Below are positions 22,195 to 33,800 of a DNA stretch of 64,000 bases, piece by piece. The position numbers and the translations under genes were made by a program. The notes under the pieces are model-generated. The model made no database searches and was not told the origin of the DNA. It saw nothing but the letters and a program-made list of their open reading frames with translations. Numbering within the stretch: the first letter of the stretch is position 1; each line of letters begins with the position of its first letter. The DNA lies in assembly GCF_011745625.1 (NCBI RefSeq), contig NW_027191463.1:496001-560000 (forward strand). Direction: 5' to 3'. Source of the stretch: Cladosporium halotolerans. Its lineage: Eukaryota.

Positions 22195-23746
22195 ATGAGG
22201 GACCACATAATGCAATTGCTTCAAGAACGGCACCTCCAGGAAGCTGAAGCCAAAAGGCGATTTGTTGCGCAGGATTCGACGTTTTATATCGTCAAGATTC
22301 GAGAGGTTTGCATGCATCATCGACATGTTCACTCGTAACACGGCTCACTATCGCTAGGGTATTGCAACGGAAGAGATACCTGCAAGCCAGGAACGCTCTC
22401 ACGAGCAATCTCGCTTTTCTCCAGAGTGGCGAAACGCTTTCCTTGAGACATGGAATAATCAAGAAAGTTGTCTAAGTGTCCTGAACTGTGTCTTTCAGTC
22501 AGCACGGCCGCCTCACGTCAGCGGCCGACCTGACTCTCTGCCTTTTGCGAGTCATTCAGAGGTGCAATCAGTATTCGACACTCTCAGGCTTCCTTCCAGC
22601 TATTTCCAACTAGCGAGTGGGTTCGCCGGCTCAGCTCAGGCAAACATCATTGGTGACAGTGGAGGCCTGCCAGTACGATACGAACTAATTGCCAACTGCT
22701 TGAGCAAGCAAGGCGACTGGGCGATCGCTCTCTCTCACGACGCAAAATGCAGAGTCACGTCAGTCTTCTGGAGTGTGGACGAAAAGATCGATTCTTCTCT
22801 GTTGATCGATGATTTCCAGGAGTTCCAACCGTATGCTTCCCATCCGATGTTGATCCCTTGCATCATGTTCGCCGCCAGTCTACGCATGAGTGAGCAGCGC
22901 CGCCAATCTATCAAGCGTAATTTGCAGAGGCTGGAGACCGCCATCGAACAAATCAACAAGAAAGAAGCCGCGTCTGATGGAGAATCAGCTCATGCACAGG
23001 ACAGTTTCGAGCAACCGCAAAGTCTGGAGTTTATGTTCCAGCTCCTTCACAGCTGTAGAAAAGACCAGACTAGTAGGAAAGGACGCTATGGATTCTGGCG
23101 AAGCTTCGTTGACGCCGTCGAATCGGGCTTCGGATACATGGAAGAATCGGGGCTGATCTCGGACACTCATATCTTGGAGGCGCACGGAGAGCTCAAGCGA
23201 TGGTTGGCTGTCAATGGTAACAAGCTCGAAAGTCTCATGGCTCGCGCCGAGGATCACGTCTGCCGCGTAGACGATGCGTCGCACATGGTACGTTTAGCAA
23301 GTCCCTCGAATAGTTTCTCTCGCATCATTGACAGGTAACTACAGCTCTACAGTCTCATGGAACAGCGCGATCTACGCGTGCAATCGAGCATAGCAAGGGC
23401 CGCGCAGCGTGACAGTGAAGATATGAAGTTCATTGCCGTCCTAGGATCGATCTTCCTCCCGGCCAGCCTTATAGCGGCAAGTGAACCTCGCTCCTGCTAC
23501 TAGATTACTCTGCTGAGAATTGCAAAGACAATTTTGAACATCCCAGATTTCCAATTCGCCGCAGGAGGCAACCTTTTCGCAGCCTACATTGGCATCACGG
23601 TGCCTCTGATCGCTCTTGTGATAGCGCTGTGCTTTGCAAGATCAGACCTGAGGCGGCTGATCTGGCGAAAATCTTCTGCGGGAATCCGGCAATCGCGGAC
23701 CCGATCGCTGCGGGCTGATACCGATGTGTACGCAGTGGGCGACTGA
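22195..23746 (+). CDS. Fungal CorA-like membrane protein with two C-terminal TM helices; exons 22195-22305, 22358-23287, 23345-23476, 23528-23746
   Basis: HPMLIP, a coiled-coil region, AQRDSEDMKFIAVLGSIFLPASLIA and YIGITVPL. The last intron requires a GC donor. Confidence 0.75.
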
Positions 23747-24456
23747 CTGTAGTCTATATCATCGCTCATCCGAAAACCCGAGGTCTATGAGGGTTTGTGA
23801 CAACGTCAGTTCCCTCTGGGTATCTATATTCTCTGAAAGAAAAAGAGATTACGTGCACGGATCTGTTTGTTTAAGGTTTCGCGTGAGGACACTGTTATAC
23901 GACAGTGTCCTTACGCCAGTAGTCACATTGCCTGTGTCAGCGATGCGAAACGAAACGCTAAAGCGGCCATCATTTATTACGTATAGTCAGATGGACGATT
24001 GATTGGAATAAGGCGTCTCAATTAAGCGATTATTGAAGACAGCCCCGACACAATTGGCCAGAATACAACTTGACTTTTCGATTCTCGATGGACACGATTC
24101 GACGGTCCATTAACATGTCGCGCGGGGCGCAAAGAGACTTTCATCGGTGAGGGGAAAATCGTGTTCAGACGTGCCAGTACCTTTATTTACGGCTATCGAG
24201 GCACATTGTTGCACTTGGAGAACAGTCAATATTTGCTACGTTAAATTGCGTTTGTGGTATGACTACGAAGCGTTTGAGGCATGGCTTGACCGCGGGAGGA
24301 ACAATCATGACTCAAGCAGAGATGCCACTCTCAGACGGCAGGAGACAGGAAGGTTCAAGTCTGAGTTGACCGATTGAGGGTGTGGATAACCTTCCCTTTC
24401 TGAAAGAGTACTTCCACCCACTTTTGGCGTGACTCGGTCTCCGACTCCATGTCCCG

Positions 24457-26195
24457 TCAAATTGTAGCCCGAGACATTGTGATCTCGTCCTCAAGATCTC
24501 TGCGCAGTCTCTCCCTCGGCGAGATGTACGTCCGCCCGCCTTTCACAACATAGTAAGCCGTTGCGAAAAGCACCATAAATCCGAACAGCAAAGATCCCCA
24601 ATTCATACCATCCGGCGTGACCGGGACCTGGCTGGGAAACAGCGTGAAGATTAGGACCGGGAAGAGCCAGCAAAGAGCCGCGATATTGATCGCAAGCCCC
24701 GCTTTGCCGAGGGACCACTCTCTGTACGGTAGACGCTCGCCTTTGAGACGCTTGAGAAGGACGCAGCTGATCGATATGATGTATGAAGCGAGAAGGGCGG
24801 TGAGGTCAAGAGCCAGGATAGCATTCAAGGCAGCAGTTGAGCCGATGTTGATGAGCGAAAGAAGGACGCAGACGATGAGCGAAATGATGATGGCGTTGAT
24901 AGGTATTGCGGATTTGGGGTGGATCTGCTCAATGTCAGACAGAGTTGGCGATCATCTTGTACAAGGAAGTAAAGTCGCTGTTTGCTTACGTGTCGAACAG
25001 TTGCTGAGAATGGAACGCCATTGTCTCTAGCGAATGCCCAGATCTGACGGCTTGCTGTGGCAACACAAGCGATGACACTTCCAGTCAGCGGAAGAATTAT
25101 CAGCATAGTCATTGCGATGGTCGCCGCTGTACTGCCAGTAGCATTGTAAAAGACCGACAGAAAAGGCCATCCATATGGCGAATCTGAAATTTCTGCCATA
25201 TCGCCCCAGGTGAAGATCAACGTGATCACCATCATGAAGCCTAGGAACGCATTGATGTAAGTTGAGTACATGATGCTCCGGGGGATTGACTTGGTGGAGT
25301 GTTCAACCTCCTCGGACATGTGAACTTGCGAATCGAAGCCAAGAAGCGATAAAGTCAGCGGTAGAAGGCCAACCATGAAGGATACCCCGTCGGAAGCGTA
25401 GCCACCTTGGTTTGAGAGCTGAAGGAATGCATCATGTGCGTTGTTCTTGGGAGCCAATGTCCACAGAACAATGATCACGATGAACAATCCCCCGAAGTGG
25501 ATGAGCGCCAGCAAACTCTCAACAAGAGGTAGTCGCCTTGCAACGAACACGTTGATGAAGACGCAAAATGTGACGACGGCAATCGTGAGGAGCGTACTAT
25601 GCCAACGTTCCCATCCATAGTCTGGGTTCTTGAGAGCAACCAAGCCTTGTATTGCGCCTGCAACGAGCGACCCGATAGCAGTAATTGCGGATTGCCAACC
25701 AGTGAAGGTCAGCCAGCCAACAATGTATGACAAAAATCGTTGAGACCGAGGCGGGGCGAACTCACTGACCCAGTGGTACTACGTCCAGATCAGCTTGAAG
25801 TTACTGGCTGTGCATGAATGGCAACTTACTTGGCCACCTGAGGTGGGTGCCATGGACGACATTTCCGAAAGGCTAAGATATACCAGGATCCAGCCAACCA
25901 ATACAAAGAGAAAGCCCCAGAACATGCCTGCCGTGCCTCCGTTAACGAGTATCAGTCCGATGTTGGTAAGAAGGACCTCCCAAGTGACAATCAAAGTGCT
26001 GCCAAATCCGAGGATCGTGATGAAGGTGAAGACACGACGAGTTTCTTGAGTCCTTCCGAGTATGCGCATATGCGCTTTGTCGCCTTCAGTGCCCAAGTAC
26101 TTGGCCGACACAAACGACTTTGCGCCATCTTGAGATTCGTAGTTTTGCTCTCCTACAGTGACCCGCTCTTTTGATTCGACTGCGCGTGAAGACAT
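24457..26195 (-). CDS. Amino-acid/GABA/choline permease (APC superfamily), 3 exons
   Basis: SLSEMSSMAPTSGGQ/YHWVSEFAP, SYIVGW, GFDSQVHMSEEV, ASRQIWAFARDNGVPFS and MNWGS; many TM segments. Confidence 0.93.
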
Positions 26196-27565
26196 GGCAC
26201 CAAACCAGTCTCAGGTACGATAAGGTCGACAACAGGAGACGACAGGCTGTTAGAAGCTCATGGAGTTGGCAAAGGTCAAGAAAGAAAGAAGCGAGCCGCG
26301 AGTCCGTGGAAAGAGTGCGGCGTCAAGGCATGTGACTAGGGCCGTTCAGCAATGCACTGTCAACCTATGAACCTCAATACGTAATTCACGACCTGCCTTT
26401 CCAGGCAGAATTTCTTCGCATAGAACTGGAGGGTATATTGTTCCGTTGTGCCTGCTGCCGAGTTCCAATGGCGTTTAGCGTCCGTGTGAAGATCTTCTTG
26501 GTGGCGTGGTGCCGATCTTGGCTGGTCTGTGTATCAAACGAGGGCAAAGTGCTGGATTAATTGCGGCGTAGACTCTGTACTGTAATCGCGTAGACGTGCT
26601 CGAGTCTATAGTCCCAATGCGAAGTACAGGGTTCAGCATCCTGTGGCCTCTCCGCCGCAATCCTGCGGCACCAAGTCACGGCTGGGGCTGGTAGCTGCCC
26701 TGCTCCCCATCACGTCGTCTGCATTCATCCCACCGTCGCTTGCATGCGGGAGGAACAAGGTGGCGCTGCAGGGTGACTGAAGGAAGAGGGTGAGTGGTGT
26801 GAGGAGCACTGCAGCGTGGGACAAGCGTGGGGTGCAAGCGCTTGTTTGATTGCGGAAGCGATGGGCCGACGCATTGATTCTTCCTGGTTGACATCACCTC
26901 CTCCAATTGCTGGAAAGTGCTCCGATTCAATCCAAGGTGCCAAATTAAAGATTGCAATGCGCTCGTGTCGCTAACAATGCTCGACCTTAGCCTTCATGAG
27001 ATGGTCGGCCTCCACCTTTGTCATTTCAAGTGACACACGACAGCACCATGGAAACCCGCATAGCTGCAGACTTTGCGTCTTGTAGCACGCTATTAATGAC
27101 GGGTATCACTGATTGGGACTTTTCGCAGCGAGGTGGGTGCCTGGGGCCAAAACACTATTGCACCAGCACCTGCAGGCTGCAGCCACCTCATAGCTTCATG
27201 CGTGACATGCGTTTGTGTCCAAGACCATGAATGCATTGGCATCAGATAGTCTCGCTCGGCAAGGTCCAGTTTCAGGTTGTACACTACGAGTTGCACAGGC
27301 CGGCTGATCGCAGGATGCGGCTGAATTGCTGGTGATAAGGCTGCGTACTTCTTGCTTATTCGCGTACAATATCACACTGCGCGCTTGTGCTTGCGTCCGT
27401 GAGCAGCTTGCGCTCTCTCAGGGATGGCTTGCTTATCGAGTTCAGGGCGAGGATGGCAGCAGCATGTGCAAGAATCTCGATGCCTTTTCCTCCGTGGAGA
27501 ACGACGTTGCGTTTGCTCTTGTTTAACCGCGCCTTTCTTCATGCCTCAGCACATCTGTCTTCGAG

Positions 27566-28918
27566 ATGTCTCTGCCCGCCGGCTACTCTCCTGCAGCTTA
27601 CGGGAACTCACCTGACGATCTAGGAGGCTGGACAGTCATCGCAAGTGGCTCTGGTCTCGTCGTTATTCTCATTTTCGCTTCCATCCGACTTTACACTCGA
27701 TATCCCTTTCGATCAAGACTACTGTACGATGATGTGGCCATCATCTTGTCTTCGGTATATCCACTTTTCAGGTCGCTCGTGATCGGCAGCTGAGAGGTCC
27801 CAGGTCTTTGCAATCGTGCAAAGCATATTGATCATCGTCGCCGTATCGCAAGGCCTTGGAAAATCCGAATCCGTACTCCAGACAAATCAACAGCGCATCG
27901 CGGAAAAGGTACCAGGAGTCATGGCATGGTGGTCTTCGTATGATCGCTTACTTCTGTCAGCTTGTCTACGCCAGCGACTTGTTTTACCTGAACGCCCTTT
28001 TTGTCTCACGCATCGCCGTCTTGTGTCTCCTATTTGCCCTTGGACCTTACCACTGGCACAAAGTGTGGACAGCGTGCGGAATTATTGCTGGTATGTTGAT
28101 GGCGGTCGCTGCCCTACTCATGATCGCGGTCGGGTGCGATGTCAAGATGCCTTGGACGCAGATATCGCAGGAGTGCGGATCCATAGTAAGTGTAGTCGTG
28201 CGTCTTCGTTTGACGTTCGAATCTAACATTGTGTTCGCAAGTTTACCAGATGGGTAGCCGTCCTCGCCTTCGGAATTGTGTTGGAACTATTCATCGCTGC
28301 CATCTTGCTGCGGATGCTGTCGATGGTCCAGAAGAGCTGGTCGAGCAAGTTCAAAGCTGTTGCGGTCTTCGCCCTGAGGTTGCCGTGAGTGCCACCTTTC
28401 CTCATGCCTGACGTGGCTTACACAAAAAGCGCAGGGTCATTGTCCTCGCGGTGTACCGACTCCTCTACTTACGCGATATTCGCTTTTCATCAGACCCAAT
28501 GCTTGATCGAGTCCGTGTAACTGCATGGACGCAAGCAGAGATGGTCTATAGTCTAGTCACTGCAATCACACCAACTCTGATGCCTTTCCTTCTCAAGATG
28601 AATACCGGTTTGGGGGCACTTTCACGCGACGATTTCATCAAGCAGACGACAAACCAAGAGTCAGGCGGCAGCTTTGCGATGCAATCATTGAAGCGTTCGG
28701 CGAGCGGTAGCAAGGTGAGAGATTAAATGTCCCATTCTGTGGTCAATCATCCATCCTTAGCTCACAAGACCTAGATGCGGAATGACAACGTCAACTGTCA
28801 ATCTGTAGTGAGCAGTCAGAAGACAGAACGGTACAGTGCATCGAGCGACGATAGCCAGAAGGTGATGGTCCGGAAAACAGTCGATGTTCGGTTCTCCAAC
28901 ATCAGCAGTTCTCAATAA
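27566..28918 (+). CDS. PTH11-like / rhodopsin-domain integral membrane protein, multi-exon
   Basis: IRLYTR..DD, VSQGLGK, YASDLFY, AVAVFALRLP and WTQAEMVYSLVTAITPTLMPFL. The last exon ends at TAA 28916-28918. Confidence 0.82.
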
Positions 28919-29051
28919 AGAGATGCCACATCATGCTTTGTCACTCTCTCCTGAACTGACTTTCAGGAATAACGATGCGGGAAAGCTATTTACAAGTGGC
29001 GACCTTTGGATCTTGCTTGTAACTGTATTCGCATCCGACTGCATTCGATGT

Positions 29052-29810
29052 CTAGAGATCCTTCGGAGGTCTAGTCCCAATTGTCGCGAAGTCCCCGTTG
29101 ACGGTCTTCATCACCTTGCCCATACCACCGTGGTTGTAATCTTTCTCATTCCACTGGTCCTTGTGGTACTTGACCCTTTCGCTCGGGCCTTCGCCGTCTT
29201 CTTCCGTGGCCCTCTCGAGCGATAACGTCACAAAGTGGTTTACATCGAAAGTTTTCGTCGACAGTCTCGGAGTCCAGGCACGCTTCATCTTGAACACAAT
29301 CGCACCAGGCTTCTCAGTCGCATCGGTCGGAATGGGAGTGGACGATACGACCTCGACCTCTTTAGTCACGCTGGACTTCATCACGGCCGGAATGCCCCAC
29401 CATTGTCCGGCGATTTTGTATCTGGTGTCACAATCTGGCATTCGTTAGTCAGAGAGCTCTACAGGAAAAGTGAACGTCTATAGCCCACAGGAAGCGATGT
29501 CATCGTAGACTGCTTTCTTCGCATACACCCTGATGTCCTTATCACCAGTCGAGTCTTCGTCGTTCGTGCCGGATCCAGAGTAGAGTCTCACTATCGAGTC
29601 GAGAATATTTTGGCGTTCTGAAGGGAGCTTGATCGAAGCTGGAGGGTTCGGCTCGTAATCTTCGTTCGTTGGCGCATTTGTAGCCTCTGCGGGCCTGTTG
29701 TCGCGAGCTGGCTGCTCTTGTTGCTGACGCTCTCGGACTTCGTAGGTCTGTGGCACTGCTGGGTTGAGTGGCTGTTCAGCCGTTTGACGGAGATCTGAAC
29801 CTGAAGTCAT
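29052..29810 (-). CDS. Conserved hypothetical fungal protein (possibly NTF2/SnoaL-like fold); 2 exons, intron about 29488-29436
   Basis: Spliced junction VYAKKAVYDDIAS-YCDTRYKIAGQWWGIP, plus VKYHKDQWNEKDY. CTAAC branch site and CAG acceptor. Confidence 0.75.
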
Positions 29811-30196
29811 GCTGTTGGTCGGTCGATTTATTTGATTGAAGCATTTCGCGGGAACCTGTTTCATTTACTGTGCATTGATATGTTCGCGCAAGCTGCTGTA
29901 TTTACAGTGTCGTCATCTCGACGACTTCGATTTTCCAGAATGTCAAAAGCCGTCATCAAACGCCGATCGACTTGGAACATCTGCGCTGATGCCAGGCACA
30001 ACCTGACAATGACCATGCCAACACAAACTTCGCCAACAAAGTGATCGTTGAAGCAGGGGCATTCCTGCCCACTACGGTACTTATCACTCAATTACCTCCG
30101 CAGCTATATCAGCTGGAAAGCACAAAACACGTTCAGCATCTATGAGACGAAGATCTCGCGTGCGAAGATCGTAGCTTTCATGTATCATATATGGTC

Positions 30197-31582
30197 TTAA
30201 CGCATCTCGAGCAGCATTGCAGTCGGCTCTTCCAAGAGCCCTTTAACCTTTTCAGCACACCTTGCGCACTCGGCTCCGTCCACGACTCTGTGATCGGCAC
30301 TCCAGCTGAGCACGAGTTCTTCCCTCTTCACCAACTCGCCGTTTTCATCGAATGCAGGGACGATTTTACTCCGGCCAACACCCACAATTGCAACTTGGGG
30401 CTCGCTGATCACCGGCGCTACCACGCCTCCTCCAACTGAGCCGATGTTGGAGATCGTGAATGTTGCTCCACTGAAGTCGCCAGGTGCAAGTTTGCCGCCC
30501 CGCGCCTTCTCCGATAATGTTCGCAGCTGCTGAGCGATTTCGGCTATACTGAGGTCTTGTACGTCGCGTATCACGGGCACGAGTAGACCGGAGGGTGTGT
30601 CCATTGCTACACCAAAGTTGTGCGAGCCGCGGTATGTCAGTGACGGCTTCTTGGGATCTGAAGTGTCGAGAGCTGAGTTGAGGAGTGGATGCTGTTGCAG
30701 GGCGAGACTGGTGGCCTTGATGATGAACGGGAAATGTGTGAGCTTCTCAGCAGACTTAGAGGCGTTCAGCTTCTTGCGCGTATTTGTCACCGCAGACATG
30801 TCGGCGCTGCATGTGTAGAGGAAGTGAGGGATGTTCAGCGACTTCGTCATGATCTTGAACATCTGCGATTGTACCGGCGTCAACGGAAGCTTCTCGTCCT
30901 TCTTTGACGTGCTTGATCTTGGTGGGCTGGTCGGCGCTTGTGTCTCGGCTTCTGGTTGTTGTGTTCTTTGTGCGACGAAGCGATGTACATCCTCCTTCAG
31001 CACTCTGCCGTCTTTGCCGGTACCCGGTACCTGCGAGATATCCACATCCAGCTCTTTCGTCAAGTGCCTCACGGCTGGAGTTGCCAGCGAGCTGAAATCG
31101 CTCTTCCCATTCCTCGCTGGCACCTTGATTCCCTCCGCCGCAGTATTTGAGCTCTCACTCTCTCGTACCACTTCCTTGTCGTTGCTCTCGTTGGCTCCTT
31201 TGACCTCGGATTCTCCACCAAGCTTGTCTGCTTGCTCCTCGGCTTCCTCACTGTCCATGTCAATGTCCACCAATGGCTTGCCAGTGACCGCCATATCGTC
31301 CGGCTCATAGTACAGCTTCTTGATAACCCCATCGAACGGACTCGTGATCTCAACGCTCGCCTTGTCGGATTGCACCTCGCACAGCTTGTCGAAGTGTTCC
31401 ACCCGAGCGCCAGGCTGGACGAACCATTGTATCAGTTGACATTCTGTGATTCCTTCACCAATATCTGCCAGTAAGAAAGGCTTGACTACGTCGAGGCGCG
31501 TGGAGCGGTGGAAAGCGCGTCGGTGAACCAGTGGAGTGCGCCGAGCGAGCAGGCGACCTATTCTGGGGACGGAAGTGGCCAT
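30197..31582 (-). CDS. DBT: Dihydrolipoamide branched-chain transacylase (BCKDH E2), mitochondrial
   Basis: Presequence; lipoyl domain LADIGEGITEC..EVQSDKAS; E3-binding ATPAVRH..GTGKDGRVLKED; catalytic SWSADHRVVDGA. Confidence 0.97.
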   Translation of the reverse strand: MATSVPRIGRLLARRTPLVHRRAFHRSTRLDVVKPFLLADIGEGITECQLIQWFVQPGARVEHFDKLCEVQSDKASVEITSPFDGVIKKLYYEPDDMAVTGKPLVDIDMDSEEAEEQADKLGGESEVKGANESNDKEVVRESESSNTAAEGIKVPARNGKSDFSSLATPAVRHLTKELDVDISQVPGTGKDGRVLKEDVHRFVAQRTQQPEAETQAPTSPPRSSTSKKDEKLPLTPVQSQMFKIMTKSLNIPHFLYTCSADMSAVTNTRKKLNASKSAEKLTHFPFIIKATSLALQQHPLLNSALDTSDPKKPSLTYRGSHNFGVAMDTPSGLLVPVIRDVQDLSIAEIAQQLRTLSEKARGGKLAPGDFSGATFTISNIGSVGGGVVAPVISEPQVAIVGVGRSKIVPAFDENGELVKREELVLSWSADHRVVDGAECARCAEKVKGLLEEPTAMLLEMR

Positions 31583-32392
31583 TGTACGGGCAAGTTGAAC
31601 GCCTTTTCAGGATTGAAGGCGTACGAGAGACAGCAGCGACTACATTTTTCTTTTGACCGGGCGGAATGCTACATATTGTTTACTGCGTGTCTGGAGTTCG
31701 CGTGGGTAAGCCGAGGTTGTCTCATCCATTGGACGGCTGGTTGCGGGCTTGCTTTCAGCCGCCGATGATGCAATTCACTTTCACGTTAAGCCGAGCATGT
31801 TGCCCACACATCGGACGGCCTTGACCGATGGACAAGCGGCAAGAGATCATGTAGTGCCCCTTGTGATTTCGTGTCATTTTTGTCATCTCACGATCCGAAA
31901 GTCGGGGCGTGCCTTATTAATACTGTATGAATGTTACAATACTTTTGATCCCGTGGCTGACGGTCGTTAGACAGTCCTGGTCAGCCCAACTCACGCATCA
32001 GTCATAAATGCAACGAGTAGTGAGAATGAATCCCAGGAGCCAGTCACCCCTAAACGAAATAATAACTTCAGCGCAACGCGCGACCATTTTGTCCTCCTAG
32101 AGCTCATTCCTAGCTCTATTCCGCGATCGCACGATGTTGAGTCTGCATTGACTGGCGCTTGCCTCGACACATTCAGGAGTGCTTTTGAATTCTCTCAGTC
32201 CCCTGCTTTTATGGTACAATATTCAGCCCAAACGCTTGTCATGTTTGCTTTCCGCTGGATTCTGCATTCATTCCCAAGTCATCATTCAACGCCATTTTTT
32301 GGTCTCAAGCAACCCCTTTTCCTAAGCGTAAGCCTCGCTCAACGCTGCGCCAAACTAATATGTTGATCTCGAATCTTCATCCAAAATCCCTT

Positions 32393-32971
32393 CTAGTCCT
32401 CCCAAATGCTCTTCCTGGCTTGCTCCAGCTCGGCCTTTTTCTTCTCCTCTTCCGCTTTCGCGGCATCCCGCTTTTTCTTCTCCTGAACCTTCATAGCCTG
32501 ATCGTATTTTCGCTCCTCTTCCGTTCTCTTGGGTGCCCTCTGTCCAAGTCCCGCGGCGATTAATCTCGCAGCTGTTGATGTGGTCTTTTCCGGGCGCTTG
32601 TCTGGCTCTCCGCTGCCGCTGGGTCGGGCAGTCGGTGTGCTTCTGCCGCTACGGCTGGCGTCGTCTACTGAACCATTCATGCCGTAGGGCGGAAATGTCT
32701 GATAAGGCGACTCGAATGCTGAGGCCTTTGTCTTGGTGGTGGGGGATGCTGGCGTAGGAGGTGGAGGGCTAGGAATATGTCGCTGCAGGTTCTGTGGGGC
32801 GGCTGCGTCGGCGCCTTCAGTTTCTATGCCAGCTGCTGGTGCCTCGTCATCCCAGGATTCCGACGGCGCTATTGCTTCAGGATTTGTGAGGATTTTAGGT
32901 GCTTGCGCTTCGGGAGTTATGGCGAGCTTGTCGAGCGTGGAAGCTAGCGCGGCGGCGGATGTGGAGGTCAT
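32393..32971 (-). CDS. Conserved hypothetical protein with a Pro-rich N-half and a charged coiled-coil C-terminus
   Basis: 192-aa ORF with ESWDDE, PPPPTPASP and RPEKTTSTAARLIAAGLGQRAPKRTEEERKYD...IWED; coding-like codon usage. Confidence 0.8.
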   Translation of the reverse strand: MTSTSAAALASTLDKLAITPEAQAPKILTNPEAIAPSESWDDEAPAAGIETEGADAAAPQNLQRHIPSPPPPTPASPTTKTKASAFESPYQTFPPYGMNGSVDDASRSGRSTPTARPSGSGEPDKRPEKTTSTAARLIAAGLGQRAPKRTEEERKYDQAMKVQEKKKRDAAKAEEEKKKAELEQARKSIWED

Positions 32972-33422
32972 GTCGGGCGCGATTTGACGATGGATGGGCT
33001 AGTGATTAAGATGGCTATAGTACAATACTAGTGGAAGTTGGGGATGTGCTGGTTACTTATACTGAAGCATAGCAGCAGATGCGCAAGCTGTACGCGTGCA
33101 TGATATTTATAGAGTTGGTCTCGACCAGATCGATCACCCTTGAAACGACGGCACAAAAGCAAGACCATGGGGAACAAGGGTTGCAGGTCGGGCTGAGTAC
33201 TTCCATACACGCCTCGGCCGTGATCCGAATGTTGGGGAAGGTGGACTTCTGCGGCTTCGGCGGAGGGACTTCTCAACGTCTGGTCACATGACTCGATGGC
33301 TTCTCGCCCTCTTCTGGTCTTCTGGAACGTTTCGGATTTGTACATGATAGATCTATCAAGCCTGGCAACTGACATGACTCGTCCGTCGGAGCAGAAGTGG
33401 CGGCAAAATACACAGTACCGCC

Positions 33423-33800
33423 TTAGTTAGGCCAAGAACCTTGGAGTCGGGAGTCAGCATGGTAAGAAAGCAATGACATCCTAACAAACACTCACCCATG
33501 CACATCCAGATAGGCACAGGGTGCCCTGCGTTGCGGCAATAGCCTCTGCAGACGTCGCCATTCCCGTCGTCTTCGCTCAGATAGCAGTTTTCCTCGCACT
33601 GAGCCTTACCTGCAGAATCATTAGCTTCCTGCTCGCGGGAAACAGATCATTGCACACGTACCAGAAGCGTAATCCCATGTGTCGTTCTCTTTAGTGCCAG
33701 AGCCGTTCTCACACTTCGCGACATCGTTTTGACGGCGTTCAACAGGCGATGCAATGGCACGGACGGCGGCCAGCCCAACGATAACGGCAGTGAACTTCAT
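33423..33800 (-). CDS. Small secreted cysteine-rich protein (89 aa, 6 Cys); 3 exons (33800-33662, 33609-33496, 33439-33423)
   Basis: Manual splice gives MKFTAVIVGLAAVRAIASPVERRQNDVAKCENGSGTKENDTWDYASGKAQCEENCYLSEDDGNGDVCRGYCRNAGHPVPIWMCMGSWPN*. Start context is CACAATG. Introns read GTACGT..GCTAAT..CAG and GTGAGT..GCTGAC..AAG. Confidence 0.85.
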
